Source: Corallococcus coralloides
GTDB lineage: Bacteria > Myxococcota > Myxococcia > Myxococcales > Myxococcaceae
Assembly: GCF_044792175.1 (NCBI RefSeq)
Contig: NZ_CP172866.1
DNA: 64,000 bases
Strand: one strand, 5' to 3'
Under the pieces are notes generated by a model. It had not been told where the DNA came from. It did not search any database and saw only the letters and a list, made by a program, of their open reading frames with translations. Position numbers and translations under genes: made by a program. Numbering within the stretch: position 1 is the first letter of the stretch; each line of letters opens with the position of its first letter. Shown here piece by piece: positions 1 through 9,466 of this stretch.

Positions 1-830
1 ATCATCATCAGCACCAGCACCCCGGACAGGACGGTTTGAGAGCCGCCCACCGGGAAGTCGTAGAAGTACGCGAACAGGTATCCGCCCGCGCCCGCGATGC
101 CGCCCAGCACGGTCGCCGTGAAGAAGGTCCACGGCAGCCGCAGGTCCAGCACCAGCGCGGCGATGGCCGACAGCGTGGAGAACGCGAAGACGGGCAGGGC
201 GCCCAGGGCCCGCGCGCACACGCCCACCATGATGCCGATGGACACCATCAACACCGTGTCCAGCAGCTTCACCGGCAGCCCCTGCACGGTGGCGCCGATG
301 CGGTCGAAGCTGACGAAGGCGATGCCCCGGAACCACCACAGGTGCAGCACCATCAGCACCGCGCCGGCCACCGCCACCGCCTGGAGTTGATCCGGCGTCA
401 CCAGCACCGCGGTGCCGAAGAGGATGCCCTGGATGTCGTGCGCCTCCTGCGCGATGCGGTCGCCCACCAGGATGGCCGCGCCGCCCGCGAAGGCGAACGC
501 GCACCCCAGCAGGCTCTCCCGCGACAGCCGCAGCCGCGCGGGCTCGATCATCAGCAGCAGCGTGGCCGCGACGGACAGCACCACCGCGCCCACCAGCGGA
601 TCCACGTGCACGCCCAGGTGGATCTCCGCGAAGAAGGCCAGCGCCACGCCCAGGCCCGCGGTGTTCGTCACCGCCGCGCTGACGAACACCATGCGCCGCA
701 GCACCACGTAGACGCTGAGGAAGCCCAGCACGCACCCGGCGATGAGCGCGCAGAGGATGGGGTCGCGGAACAGCTCCCAGCCCGCCTGGAACTGTTCCCA
801 CTTCGAGGGCTCAAGCAGGGTTGTTTCCAC
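1..830 (-). CDS. ABC-3 family metal (Zn/Mn) ABC transporter permease, ZnuB/TroC-like; 3' end beyond the window
   Basis: I translated the reverse strand by hand: GTG start, then VETTLLEPSKWEQFQAGWELFRDPILCALIAGCVLGFLSVYVVLRR..., a hydrophobic polytopic ABC-3 permease. It overlaps the upstream ATPase gene by 20 nt. It is absent from the ORF track because no stop falls inside the window. Confidence 0.75.
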   Translation of the reverse strand, partial: METTLLEPSKWEQFQAGWELFRDPILCALIAGCVLGFLSVYVVLRRMVFVSAAVTNTAGLGVALAFFAEIHLGVHVDPLVGAVVLSVAATLLLMIEPARLRLSRESLLGCAFAFAGGAAILVGDRIAQEAHDIQGILFGTAVLVTPDQLQAVAVAGAVLMVLHLWWFRGIAFVSFDRIGATVQGLPVKLLDTVLMVSIGIMVGVCARALGALPVFAFSTLSAIAALVLDLRLPWTFFTATVLGGIAGAGGYLFAYFYDFPVGGSQTVLSGVLVLMM

Positions 831-1629
831 GGTGGGGTCCCTGGGGCGCGCTGTGGCAGTAATCGTCGCCGTACTGGCGGCGGAAGGCGGGGTGACAGAA
901 CACGGTGCGCGCATCGCCCATGACGAAGCAGCGGTGCTCGCGGTCCACGAAGAGGATGACGTCGGCGTGCTCGGCGGCGACGGACAGGTCGTGGCTCACC
1001 ACCACCACGCCCAGGCCCCGGTCATGCGCGAGCGCGCACAGCCGCAGCATCGTCTGCTTCTCCGCCACCGCGTCCATCGCGGCGGTGGGCTCATCCAGCA
1101 GCACCACGTCCGCCTCGGTGGCGATGACCCGCGCCAGCAGCGCGCGCTGCTTCTCGCCGCCGGACAGGTCTCGGAAGGGCCGCTTCGCGATGCCGCGCGC
1201 GCCCGCGGTGTCGAGCGCCGCCTCCACCTTCTGCCGGTCCGTCTTGCTGGGGAAGGGCCGCAGGAAGTTCCACCCGGACAGCCGTCCCCAACTGGTGAGC
1301 TCCCGCGTGTGCACGGGCAGCAGCGAGTCGATGGCGGACATCTGCGGCACGTACGCGCTGCGGATGTGCGGCGCGCCCAGGGTGATGCGGCCGGACACGG
1401 GGGGAATCAGCCCCAGGAGCGTCTTGAACCAGGTGCTCTTGCCGGAGCCGTTGCGGCCCACCACCGCCACGAACTGGTGGCGGCGCACCACCAGGTCCAT
1501 GGGCGGCAGGATGTCCTTGCCCCCGTAGCCGATGACCAACTGCTCGCACTTGAGCAGCGGCTCGCCAGGCTCCGGCACCGCGGCGCGGTGGCCCCGGTCC
1601 AGCTCCGTCTCGTGTTCACCGTGAGCCAC
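811..1629 (-). CDS. metal ABC transporter ATP-binding protein (ZnuC-like)
   Basis: 272 aa with Walker A GRNGSGKST, ABC signature LSGGEKQR and Walker B VVLLDEPTAAMD. Confidence 0.85.
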   Translation of the reverse strand: MAHGEHETELDRGHRAAVPEPGEPLLKCEQLVIGYGGKDILPPMDLVVRRHQFVAVVGRNGSGKSTWFKTLLGLIPPVSGRITLGAPHIRSAYVPQMSAIDSLLPVHTRELTSWGRLSGWNFLRPFPSKTDRQKVEAALDTAGARGIAKRPFRDLSGGEKQRALLARVIATEADVVLLDEPTAAMDAVAEKQTMLRLCALAHDRGLGVVVVSHDLSVAAEHADVILFVDREHRCFVMGDARTVFCHPAFRRQYGDDYCHSAPQGPHRGNNPA

Positions 1630-2476
1630 GGCTCACCTCCGCGGTGGGGCTCAGCGCCGCCACCTTCTCCAGGAGCGCGGCGCGCACCGCCGCGTTCTCA
1701 GGCGCGTCCAGGTCCACCACGCCGTCGGTGCCCGGCTTCGCGGCGGACCAGTCCACCGCGTCGAAGAGGGCCGGCGTCACCTCCAGCTTCAGGCCCAGCT
1801 CGACGCGCGGCGCGTTCTCCCGGTCGGACGGCACGTCCAGGTCGCCGGTGAGCACCGCCACCGGCGTGGCCTCCGCGCCCGTCACCGTCGCGGTGAAGCG
1901 GAAGGGCAGGGCGCCCGCGAAGCGCGCCGGCACGCGGCCATCCCGCACGCTGCCCGTCATCTGCAGGCCCGTGACGGCCCAGCGCCCCCGGGACAGCGTC
2001 GTCTTGCCCAGCGCGCACGCGGGCTCGCAGGTGAGGCCGCGGGTCGCGGGCGCCAGCAGGTCCAGCTCCGCGTCCACCGGCAGGTTGGCCACGGTGACGG
2101 TGGTGCTGCCACCGCCGCCCAGCTCCGCCTGGATGTCCTCGTAGTCCACGAGCGCCCCGGAGTCGCTGTGGCAGTGCCCGTTGTGGCACAGCGAGTAGCC
2201 CGGCGGCGGAGAGGACGGGTCGAACGTCGTGCTGCCTCCGCCCCCGGAGCTGGCCAGCAGGTCGATGCTGCCCAGGCTCACCGCGCCGGTGTCCATGCGC
2301 AACTGGAAGTCGGACGCGAGCGCCTGGTAGCCGTCGCCCGCGTCGCGGCCGGACACCGGCGTGTACGCGGCCTGGACGGAGGGCTCCAGCACCGCGAAGC
2401 CCTCGCCCGCGTCGAACGCGCACCCGGACACGAGCGCGACGGGAAGCAACCACGCCTTGATGGGAAAGCGCTTCAT
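1616..2476 (-). CDS. lipoprotein with Cys/His cluster flanked by Gly-rich linkers, embedded in the metal-uptake operon
   Basis: Signal peptide with lipobox LVSGC. Motif SLCHNGHCHSDSG sits between two SSGGGGSTT / GGGGSTT segments. It lies between the ZnuA-like and ZnuC-like genes on the same strand with overlapping ends. Confidence 0.6.
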   Translation of the reverse strand: MKRFPIKAWLLPVALVSGCAFDAGEGFAVLEPSVQAAYTPVSGRDAGDGYQALASDFQLRMDTGAVSLGSIDLLASSGGGGSTTFDPSSPPPGYSLCHNGHCHSDSGALVDYEDIQAELGGGGSTTVTVANLPVDAELDLLAPATRGLTCEPACALGKTTLSRGRWAVTGLQMTGSVRDGRVPARFAGALPFRFTATVTGAEATPVAVLTGDLDVPSDRENAPRVELGLKLEVTPALFDAVDWSAAKPGTDGVVDLDAPENAAVRAALLEKVAALSPTAEVSRGSR

Positions 2477-2480
2477 GGCG

Positions 2481-3404
2481 TCATTCCCCCTTCCCGGCGA
2501 GGCCCTGCTCCAGCCGGCCCACCATCAGCTCCAGGCGCTGCACGTACGTCTGGCCGGAGCGGAAGTCGGTGCCGCCCGGCAGCGTGACGAGCGCGGCGGG
2601 GATCTTCGACGCCACGAGCTTCGCGATGTTGTCCGGGTAGTAGTCCTCCTTGAGCACCAGCTTCACCTTGTTGGCCTTGCCCTGCCCCAGCACCTGCGCG
2701 ACGTGGGACGGGTTCGGCGGGATGCCCGGCTTGGGCTCCAGGAAGGCGATGGTCTTGAAGCCCAGCCAGTCCTGCAGGTACGCCGTCGTGCGGTGGTACG
2801 CGATGACGGGCACGCCCTTGAACCCCGCGAGCCGCTTCTCCCAGCCCGCCTGCGCCGCCTGCAGCTCCTGCGTGAACTTCGCGAGGTTGGCCTTGTAGGC
2901 CGCGGCGTTCTTCGCATCCAACTGCGACATGCGCGCTTCGATGGCCGCCGCGACCTTCAGGGCCTGCCGCGGGTCATAGAGGTAGTGCGGGTTGCCGCCG
3001 GGGTGCACGTCGCCCTGGCTGCGGTCCACCTGCCCGGCGGGGACCTCCTGGAGGCTCACGAACCGCGACGCGTCCAGGTAGCCCGGGTTGCCGGACTGGA
3101 TGCGGCTGTTGCGCGCGCCCAACTGGAGCGTGGGCAGCCAGCCGATCTCCAGGTCCAGTCCCGCGGCGATGAGCAGGTCCGCGCGGTTGAGCGCGAGCGC
3201 CAGGTTCGGCTTGGCGTCCACGAAGTGCGGGTCCTGCGTGGGCAGCGCGAGCGCGGTGACGTCCACCTTGTCCCCGCCCACGGTCCTGGCCAGCGCGGCC
3301 AGGTCCGGGAGGGTGGCGACGACCTTCAGGTCCGCGCGAGCGGGGACGGCGGTGAGGCTGACGACGGCGGCGCACAGGGCCGCGAACAGGCGAAGGGAAC
3401 GCAT
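2481..3404 (-). CDS. periplasmic metal-binding protein, ZnuA/TroA (cluster 9 SBP) family
   Basis: Signal peptide MRSLRLFAALCAAVVSLTAVPARA. Conserved HPGGNPHYLYDP metal-site motif and typical SBP length. The start is taken at the second Met of the ORF. Confidence 0.8.
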   Translation of the reverse strand: MRSLRLFAALCAAVVSLTAVPARADLKVVATLPDLAALARTVGGDKVDVTALALPTQDPHFVDAKPNLALALNRADLLIAAGLDLEIGWLPTLQLGARNSRIQSGNPGYLDASRFVSLQEVPAGQVDRSQGDVHPGGNPHYLYDPRQALKVAAAIEARMSQLDAKNAAAYKANLAKFTQELQAAQAGWEKRLAGFKGVPVIAYHRTTAYLQDWLGFKTIAFLEPKPGIPPNPSHVAQVLGQGKANKVKLVLKEDYYPDNIAKLVASKIPAALVTLPGGTDFRSGQTYVQRLELMVGRLEQGLAGKGE

Positions 3405-3426
3405 GGGAGGGCTCCGGAAGAAGGGG

Positions 3427-4764
3427 TCAGAACGCATGGGCACCGTGGGCGCCGGTCACGACTTCAAGGGCGAGGAAGGCCGAGTAGTCCGGCGACTCGC
3501 GCCAGCCCACGCGGTCCGTGGCGGCCTGCAGGCGCAGGCGGGAGAACTCCGTGGGCCAGAACGTCACCGACGCGGTGATGCGCTGGCGGTCGGAGATCCA
3601 CTCGGGGTCGAGCGGATCATTCGCCACGCGGCCCTCCAGCGTCTTCGCGGCCGAGCCGAACTCGTAGCGCAGGCCCGTGGCCCAGCGGTTGGAGAAGCGC
3701 CACACCGTCTGCGCGTAGCCACCCCAGTCGGACAGCACGTCCTCCGGCACCTGCCTGCGGCGGTAGAGCACCTCCGCCTGGAGCACCAGTTGCTGCGAAC
3801 TCTGGGACGTGATGGGCCGGAACTTCAGGTACACGTCCGTGCCGTAGATGCTGGTGTGGTTGCGGTAGCCCGTGGCGTTGGGACCCGTGGCGGCGGACAG
3901 GCCCCAGAGCAGCGACAGGTCGTCCGACAGCGGGAAGAACTGCTTCACCGCGCCGGTGAGCTGGAAGTCCAGCGGGGACAGCACGCGCTCGGCGGCGGCG
4001 CCGAAGAAGCTGCGCGCGGTGGCCTCGCCCGTCGCGTCGGTGGCGCTGCCAATCACCTCCACGTACCAGGGCAGCGGCGTGAGCCACGAGCCCTCCACGC
4101 CCAGGCCCCGGTTTCCCTCCGCGCCGAAGTAGCGGCTCATGATGAAGGGCTGATCCACGAAGTCCCACGCGTGCGGGTGCGTGGCGTTGATCCGCCCGAA
4201 GCGGGTGAGGAACTGGCCCGCGCGCACCTGGAGGTTGGCGGGCAGGTCCAACGTGGTGACGTACGCCTCTTCAATCTCCACGCCGAACTGGCTGAAGACG
4301 AGGTTGCTGTCGAAGCGGAAGTACGGGTCCACCACGGAGCCGATGGACAGCTCCAACTGCTGGAGGTTGAAGCCGTTCTTCGTCGGGTCGTGCGCGCCGC
4401 CCTGCAGGGGCTCCTTGTTGGAGAAGGCCGCCAGGGCCATGTCCAGGATGAAGCTCAGGTTGAGGAAGTTGGTGCCGCCGGAGATGGCGTTGGGCAGCTT
4501 CAGCGGCGTCACGCCGGAGTCGTTCGTCGCGGTGGGCGACGCCGGGGACGTGTCGCCGGAGGGACGCGCGCGCGTGCTCGTGTCCGTGCCCAGCGCCTTT
4601 TCAATCTCCTCCATCTCCTCCGGGCTCAGCGCCGGAGTGTCCTCCGAGGCGGGCGGGGACTCGGTTGCGGGTGGGGTCTGCTGGGCCCACGCGGCGCTCG
4701 CGGACAACTGCGCGGCGAGCACGACGGCGAGGGCGCGGGGATTCCTGCGCGGAAGGGGGGACAC
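3427..4764 (-). CDS. outer-membrane beta-barrel protein (porin O/P-like), probably metal-regulated
   Basis: GTG start with a GGAGGAG RBS. Signal peptide ...ALAVVLAAQLSASAAWAQQ, alternating amphipathic beta-strand pattern, C-terminal GAHGAHAF ending in Phe. It sits directly upstream of the ZnuA-like gene on the same strand. Confidence 0.6.
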   Translation of the reverse strand: MSPLPRRNPRALAVVLAAQLSASAAWAQQTPPATESPPASEDTPALSPEEMEEIEKALGTDTSTRARPSGDTSPASPTATNDSGVTPLKLPNAISGGTNFLNLSFILDMALAAFSNKEPLQGGAHDPTKNGFNLQQLELSIGSVVDPYFRFDSNLVFSQFGVEIEEAYVTTLDLPANLQVRAGQFLTRFGRINATHPHAWDFVDQPFIMSRYFGAEGNRGLGVEGSWLTPLPWYVEVIGSATDATGEATARSFFGAAAERVLSPLDFQLTGAVKQFFPLSDDLSLLWGLSAATGPNATGYRNHTSIYGTDVYLKFRPITSQSSQQLVLQAEVLYRRRQVPEDVLSDWGGYAQTVWRFSNRWATGLRYEFGSAAKTLEGRVANDPLDPEWISDRQRITASVTFWPTEFSRLRLQAATDRVGWRESPDYSAFLALEVVTGAHGAHAF

Positions 4765-4867
4765 GGATGTTTGCTCCTCGGAACCGGCCGGCCGTGGAGC
4801 ACGCGCGTGCGCGCCCCACGACGAGCTGTCGACCTGATGACCTGCTTCACGGACACGACACGCGGGA

Positions 4868-5287
4868 CTACGCGTGCGTCGGAGGCGAGGCCTTGGGCGC
4901 GGTGTCGAGGACGGCGAGCGGCGCGAAGGAGCGGGGCGGCGCGGTGGCCGGGTGGTTGCTCTCCACGCACGCCGAAGCGGCGGGGACGTCCGAGCCCGGG
5001 AGGGCCCCCACCTGCGGGGCGGCCGTGAGCAGCGGGCACGTCTCGTGGTTGAGGCCCGTCGCGTCCGCCACGGCGGGCGGGACGGAGGCGACGACGGGGG
5101 CGCGCTCGGAGAAGCGGGACAGCGCGGGGTTCGCGCGCCGCGCGTCCTCCTCGAACGTCTGGTGCTGCGGACAGAACCGGTGCGCGTGCTGCTCCACGTG
5201 CAGCGCCAGACCCAGCGGCTGGGCACCCCAGAGCGCGACGAGCAGCATCGCGGTGAGGCGGGCAAGGGTGTGGGCGCGCGAGAGCAT
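4868..5287 (-). CDS. small secreted His-rich protein (hypothetical, possible periplasmic metal-binding)
   Basis: Signal peptide MLSRAHTLARLTAMLLVALWGAQP followed by HVEQHAHRFCPQHQ. It is the first gene of the leftward operon. Confidence 0.4.
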   Translation of the reverse strand: MLSRAHTLARLTAMLLVALWGAQPLGLALHVEQHAHRFCPQHQTFEEDARRANPALSRFSERAPVVASVPPAVADATGLNHETCPLLTAAPQVGALPGSDVPAASACVESNHPATAPPRSFAPLAVLDTAPKASPPTHA

Positions 5288-5613
5288 CTGAGGGTCCAGG
5301 CTGGCTTACTGTCGGCCCCCGGGAGTGTCAAGGCAGGCAGAGCATCCATCCGTCTCCCGGTGCTCCCGGGCACGGACGGATGGAGCGGTGCGGCGATTCA
5401 ACGCCGCGGGCGAGCCCCGCCACGACACGATGACCAGGGAACGTTGTTTTCATTCCGGACGTCCCTCCTGGCCGCATCGGTTAGGTTGGGTGGACCACCG
5501 CCACGCCCCACCGCGCCAGGAGTCGCGCCGCCCGTGCCTTCCTCCCGTTCCCGTCGCCGCGCCCCCGCCGCCAAGGCCCCGGCCCCTCGCGCCGTGCGCC
5601 CCGACCCCGCCGC

Positions 5614-6184
5614 CATGGCCCGGGCGGTCCGCGACTTCCTCACCGCCGCGGGGCTCGACCTCCAGGACGTGAACCTGGTGGACACGCCCACGCGCGTGGC
5701 CGACGTGTGGGCGAACGGCTTTCTCGACGGCTACGGCCGCACCCCGGAAGAGGCGCTCGGGAAGACCTACCCCGCGCCCGCGGACTCGTCCGGCGAGCTG
5801 GTCGTGGTGACGGACCTGCGCTTCCACTCCATGTGCCCGCACCACCTCCTGCCCTTCACCGGCCGCGCCCACGTGGCCTACGTGCCGGGTTCGCGCGTGG
5901 TGGGCTTCGGGCGCATCGGCGCGCTGGTGGACCTCTTCGCCCACCGGCTCATCCTCCAGGAGGACCTGGCTCGGCAGGTGGCGCGCTCGCTCGCCCGCGT
6001 GCTCGGCAGCCCCGCCACCGCCTGCATCTTGGAGGCGGAGCAGGCGTGCCTGCGGCTGAGGGCCGACCACCAGCGCGACGCCGTCACCCACGCGGAGGCC
6101 TATGAAGGGCGCCTGCGCCGCGACGGCCCCCTGCGCCGCGAGCTGTGGGCCCGCCTGGGCGCCCGTCCGGGGACAGGCCGATGA
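5614..6184 (+). CDS. folE: GTP cyclohydrolase I (type I FolE)
   Basis: FolE core motifs including SMCPHHLLPF (equivalent to CEHH) and VTDLRFHS. ATG at 5614; an upstream in-frame GTG is possible. The stop overlaps the next gene's start (ATGA). Confidence 0.8.
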
Positions 6185-7608
6185 ACCCCGCCGCCCAGAC
6201 CTTCGAGCGGGTGGCGCCCGAGCGCGTGGCGAAGGTGCTGGCGGCCCTGGCGGACGTGCTCTCCCAGGGCCAGGTGAAGCGCGACGAGGCCACGCTCGAC
6301 GCCTACGCGCGCGACGAGTCCGACAGCGGCGTCTACCGGCCGGACGCCGTCCTCCTGCCGGAGTCCACCGCGCAGGTGTCCGCCATCTTCAAGGCGTGCC
6401 AGGCGCACGGCGTGCCCTTCACCCCCTGCGGCGCGCGCAGCGGCAAGAGCGGCGGCTCGCTGCCCCTCAAGGGCGGCATGGCGGTGAGCCTGGAGCGCAT
6501 GAACCGCATCCGCTCCATCTCCCGCGAGGACCTCACCGCGGTGGTGGAACCCGGCGTGGTGACGGGCGACCTGATGAAGGCGGTGGAGGCGCAAGGGCTC
6601 TTCTACCCGCCGGATCCGAACTCCTGGGAGTTCTGCACGCTGGGCGGCAACGTGGCGGAGAACGCCGGCGGCCCGCGCGCCCTGAAGTACGGCGTCACGC
6701 GCGACTACGTCATCGGTCTGGAGTGGGTGATGCCGGACGGCGAGGTGCTGCGCGTGGGCCGGCGCACCATCAAGGGCGTGGCCGGCTACGACCTGGTGGG
6801 CCTCTTCGTGGGCTCCGAGGGCACGCTCGGCGTGGCCACCGAAGTCACGGTGCAACTCATTCCCTTGCCGCGTCAGGTGATGACCGCGCTGGTGGTGTTC
6901 CCGTCCGTGCTGGACGCGGCGAAGGGCGTCTCCGCGGTGCTCGCCGCGGGCCTGCTGCCGCGCTGCCTGGAGCTCATCGACGAGGTCGCCGTCCAGGCCA
7001 TCGTGCACCGGGGCAGCTTCCAGTTCCCCCCGGGCGCGGGCGCCGCCCTCATCGCCGAGGTCGACGGCAACACCTCCGAGGGCGTGCTCGCGGAGCTCCA
7101 ACTGTTGGGGGACCTCTGCGAGCGCCACGGGGCCACCCAGACCCTGGTGGCCCAGGACGACAGCCAGCGCGAGAAGCTGTGGGCGGCGCGGCGGGTGATC
7201 TCGCCGGCGCTGCGCGCGCTCAAGCCGGCGAAGATCTCCGAGGACATCGTGGTCCCCCGCTCGAAAATTCCCGAGATCATCGAGCGGCTGAAGAAGATGG
7301 GCGAGGAGCTGGGGCTCACCGTGGCCACCTACGGCCACGCGGGCGACGGCAACCTGCACGCCAACATCCTGTACGAAGGTCCCAGCCAGCGCCCCCTCGT
7401 CGATGAGGCGCTGCGCCGCATGTTGATGCTCACCGTGGAGCTGGGCGGCACCATCACCGGCGAGCACGGCGTGGGGCACGCGAAGCGGGAATATCTGGCG
7501 CTGGAGCAGGCGCCCGCGCTGCTGGAGCTGCAGCGGCGCTTGAAGGCCTTTTTCGATCCATCAGGCCTGCTCAACCCCGAGAAAATCTTCCCCGCGCTCA
7601 AGCGTTGA
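6181..7608 (+). CDS. FAD-linked oxidase (GlcD / D-lactate dehydrogenase family)
   Basis: 476 aa with an FAD-binding PCMH domain (GGNVAENAGGPRALKYG) and a C-terminal oxidase domain (GEHGVGHAKREYL). Confidence 0.8.
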   Translation: MNPAAQTFERVAPERVAKVLAALADVLSQGQVKRDEATLDAYARDESDSGVYRPDAVLLPESTAQVSAIFKACQAHGVPFTPCGARSGKSGGSLPLKGGMAVSLERMNRIRSISREDLTAVVEPGVVTGDLMKAVEAQGLFYPPDPNSWEFCTLGGNVAENAGGPRALKYGVTRDYVIGLEWVMPDGEVLRVGRRTIKGVAGYDLVGLFVGSEGTLGVATEVTVQLIPLPRQVMTALVVFPSVLDAAKGVSAVLAAGLLPRCLELIDEVAVQAIVHRGSFQFPPGAGAALIAEVDGNTSEGVLAELQLLGDLCERHGATQTLVAQDDSQREKLWAARRVISPALRALKPAKISEDIVVPRSKIPEIIERLKKMGEELGLTVATYGHAGDGNLHANILYEGPSQRPLVDEALRRMLMLTVELGGTITGEHGVGHAKREYLALEQAPALLELQRRLKAFFDPSGLLNPEKIFPALKR

Positions 7609-7838
7609 AGACTTCGTGACCGGAAACGTAGGTGCTGTCCCACCCGTCGCGTCGCGCGCCTCCAAGGGCCCGGAAGTGCGAGCGCGTGATGGGCTTTTGA
7701 CAAGGGTAAGAGGGGGAAATGCCCTTCTTGGAAGGAATGAGAAACCCTTTCCGCCGTTGCGCGTCCTAGTGACAGGTGGACGCGGTTCGTCGGGGGATTC
7801 ATCGCGTCCGGCAGTTACGAACGGAAGGACGGGAAATC

Positions 7839-8579
7839 ATGGCCAACTCGACGAAGTACGCGGCAGAGGGCCTTTCGCATTACCTGCGTCACCTGGGCGG
7901 GCACCAGCAGCTCACGCGTGAGCAGGAGTACGAGCTGGCCCGCCAGGCCCGCAAGGGTGACGAGAGCGCCCGACAGACGCTCGCCAGCTCCAACCTCGCT
8001 TTCGTGGTCGCCGTGGCGAAGAAGTTCGCCAACCGCGGGGCCCGCCTGGACGACCTCATCCAGGAAGGCAACGTCGGCCTCATGAAGGCCATCGAGCACT
8101 TCGACCCGAAGAAGAACGTGCGCTTCGCCACCTATGCCGTGTGGTGGATCCGCGCCTACATCACCCGCTACCTGAAGGACAACCGCAGCCAGGTGCGCGG
8201 CGGCGAGGCGGAGCGCGGCAGCATGGTGGACTTCTCGCTGGACGCCACCATCGACGAGGAGGGCGAGACGACCTTCCTCGACCGGCTGGAGGACGGCGGT
8301 CCCTCCCCGCAGGAGTCGTTCCTCTCCCGCGAGCAGGACACCGAAATCCAGGACGCGCTGGCCAAGGTGCGCAAGCGCATTGGCGACCTGGGCTGGGACA
8401 TCCTCCAGGAGCGCCTCACGCAGGACAAGCCGCTGACGCTGGAGGAGCTGGGCCAGCGCTGGGGCGTGTCGCGCGAGCGCGTGCGCCAGGTGGAGCTGAA
8501 GACGAAGAACTTCCTGGAGCGCTACCTCATCGCCTTCAACGAGAACGAGGAGCACACCGCCACGGCCGACGCGGCCTGA
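7839..8579 (+). CDS. RNA polymerase sigma-70 family factor, RpoH-like (group 3)
   Basis: Region 2 (FATYAVWWIRAYITRY) and region 4 (LEELGQRWGVSRERVRQVE). ATG at 7839 is preceded by GGAAGGACGGGAAATC. Confidence 0.8.
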   Translation: MANSTKYAAEGLSHYLRHLGGHQQLTREQEYELARQARKGDESARQTLASSNLAFVVAVAKKFANRGARLDDLIQEGNVGLMKAIEHFDPKKNVRFATYAVWWIRAYITRYLKDNRSQVRGGEAERGSMVDFSLDATIDEEGETTFLDRLEDGGPSPQESFLSREQDTEIQDALAKVRKRIGDLGWDILQERLTQDKPLTLEELGQRWGVSRERVRQVELKTKNFLERYLIAFNENEEHTATADAA

Positions 8580-8614
8580 AGCGGACGGGCGCAAGCAGCT
8601 TCTGTCGCATCGCT

Positions 8615-8666
8615 GACGGGACCTGGCGGGGTGTTCGCACCTTGCCGGTCCCGTCTTCTTTTTTGC
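8615..8666 (+). terminator. rho-independent terminator after the sigma factor gene
   Basis: Hairpin GACGGGACC...GGTCCCGTC followed by TTCTTTTTTG. Confidence 0.7.
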
Positions 8667-8725
8667 CGCGCTGCGTCTGGCGCGTTCGGTTGATGGTAGG
8701 CGAGCGTGCGTGCTAAGGCTTTTCG

Positions 8726-9466
8726 ATGCGCTTGAAATTGCTTGCCCTTTGGGTGCTTTGGGCCGTCCCGGCACACGCCGCGGATCCCGCGCTGCTCGAC
8801 CAACTCGACGCGTTGTACGCGAAGCGCGGTGACGCCGAGTCCGTGAAGGCGCTGGACACGCAGGTGTCCGAGGCGCTCAAGGCCGCGCCGGACGACTTCG
8901 ACCTGGCGTGGCGCAAGGCCCGCATCCTCCAGTGGCAGGCGGACGGCGCCACGGAGAAGAAGCTGAAGATGGTCCTGGGCAAGCAGACCTGGGAGGCCGG
9001 CGACAAGGCGGCGAAGCTCCAGCCGGCGCGCGTGGAGGGGTACTACTTCGCCGCTTGTGGCATCGGCTCCTACTCGCAGGCCGTGGGCATCATGAAGGCG
9101 CTGGGCGACGGGCTGGAGGGCAAGTTCAACGAGCGCCTGGACACCGCGCTGAAGCTCGACGCCACGTACGAGTACGGCGGTCCCTGGGTCGTGAAGGGGC
9201 GTTATTTCTATGAGTTGCCCTGGCCCAAGCGGGACCTGGGCAAGTCCGCCGAGTACTACCAGAAGGCCATCGCCAAGTTTCCGCAGTCGCTGCGCGCGCA
9301 CTACTACCTGGCCGAGACGTTGCTGAAGGACGGCAAGGCGAAGGAGGCGAGCGCGGCCATCGAGAAGGTCAAGCAGGGAAGCACCGCGTACAACCCCGCG
9401 GAGGGGCAGCGCGTGCAGCAGTGGGCCAAGAAGGTGGATGCCGACATCCAGGAGGAGCTCAAGTGA
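8726..9466 (+). CDS. secreted TPR-like repeat protein (hypothetical)
   Basis: Signal peptide MRLKLLALWVLWAVPAHA and helical repeat character. Confidence 0.65.
   Translation: MRLKLLALWVLWAVPAHAADPALLDQLDALYAKRGDAESVKALDTQVSEALKAAPDDFDLAWRKARILQWQADGATEKKLKMVLGKQTWEAGDKAAKLQPARVEGYYFAACGIGSYSQAVGIMKALGDGLEGKFNERLDTALKLDATYEYGGPWVVKGRYFYELPWPKRDLGKSAEYYQKAIAKFPQSLRAHYYLAETLLKDGKAKEASAAIEKVKQGSTAYNPAEGQRVQQWAKKVDADIQEELK

Noticed and set aside
742-1851. Long plus-strand ORFs (742..1851, 2361..3578, 3088..5028, 4874..6184 N-terminal part, 21843..24908, 49504..53778) and minus-strand ORFs (6100..7479, 9304..11391, 17958..19682) with Arg/Ala/Gly/His-rich translations
   Set aside because: They are opposite-strand or off-frame shadows of well-supported genes in a 70% GC genome. 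They have no recognisable motifs and low-complexity RxxR/GxxG composition. The real genes on the other frames or strand carry clear family signatures.
5614-6184. folE being a zinc-independent FolE2 paralog under Zur control
   Set aside because: The sequence is a type I FolE (CPHH zinc-site motif), not GCYH-IB/FolE2. So the classic Zur-regulated zinc-sparing paralog explanation does not apply, and the adjacency to the Zn/Mn uptake operon remains unexplained.
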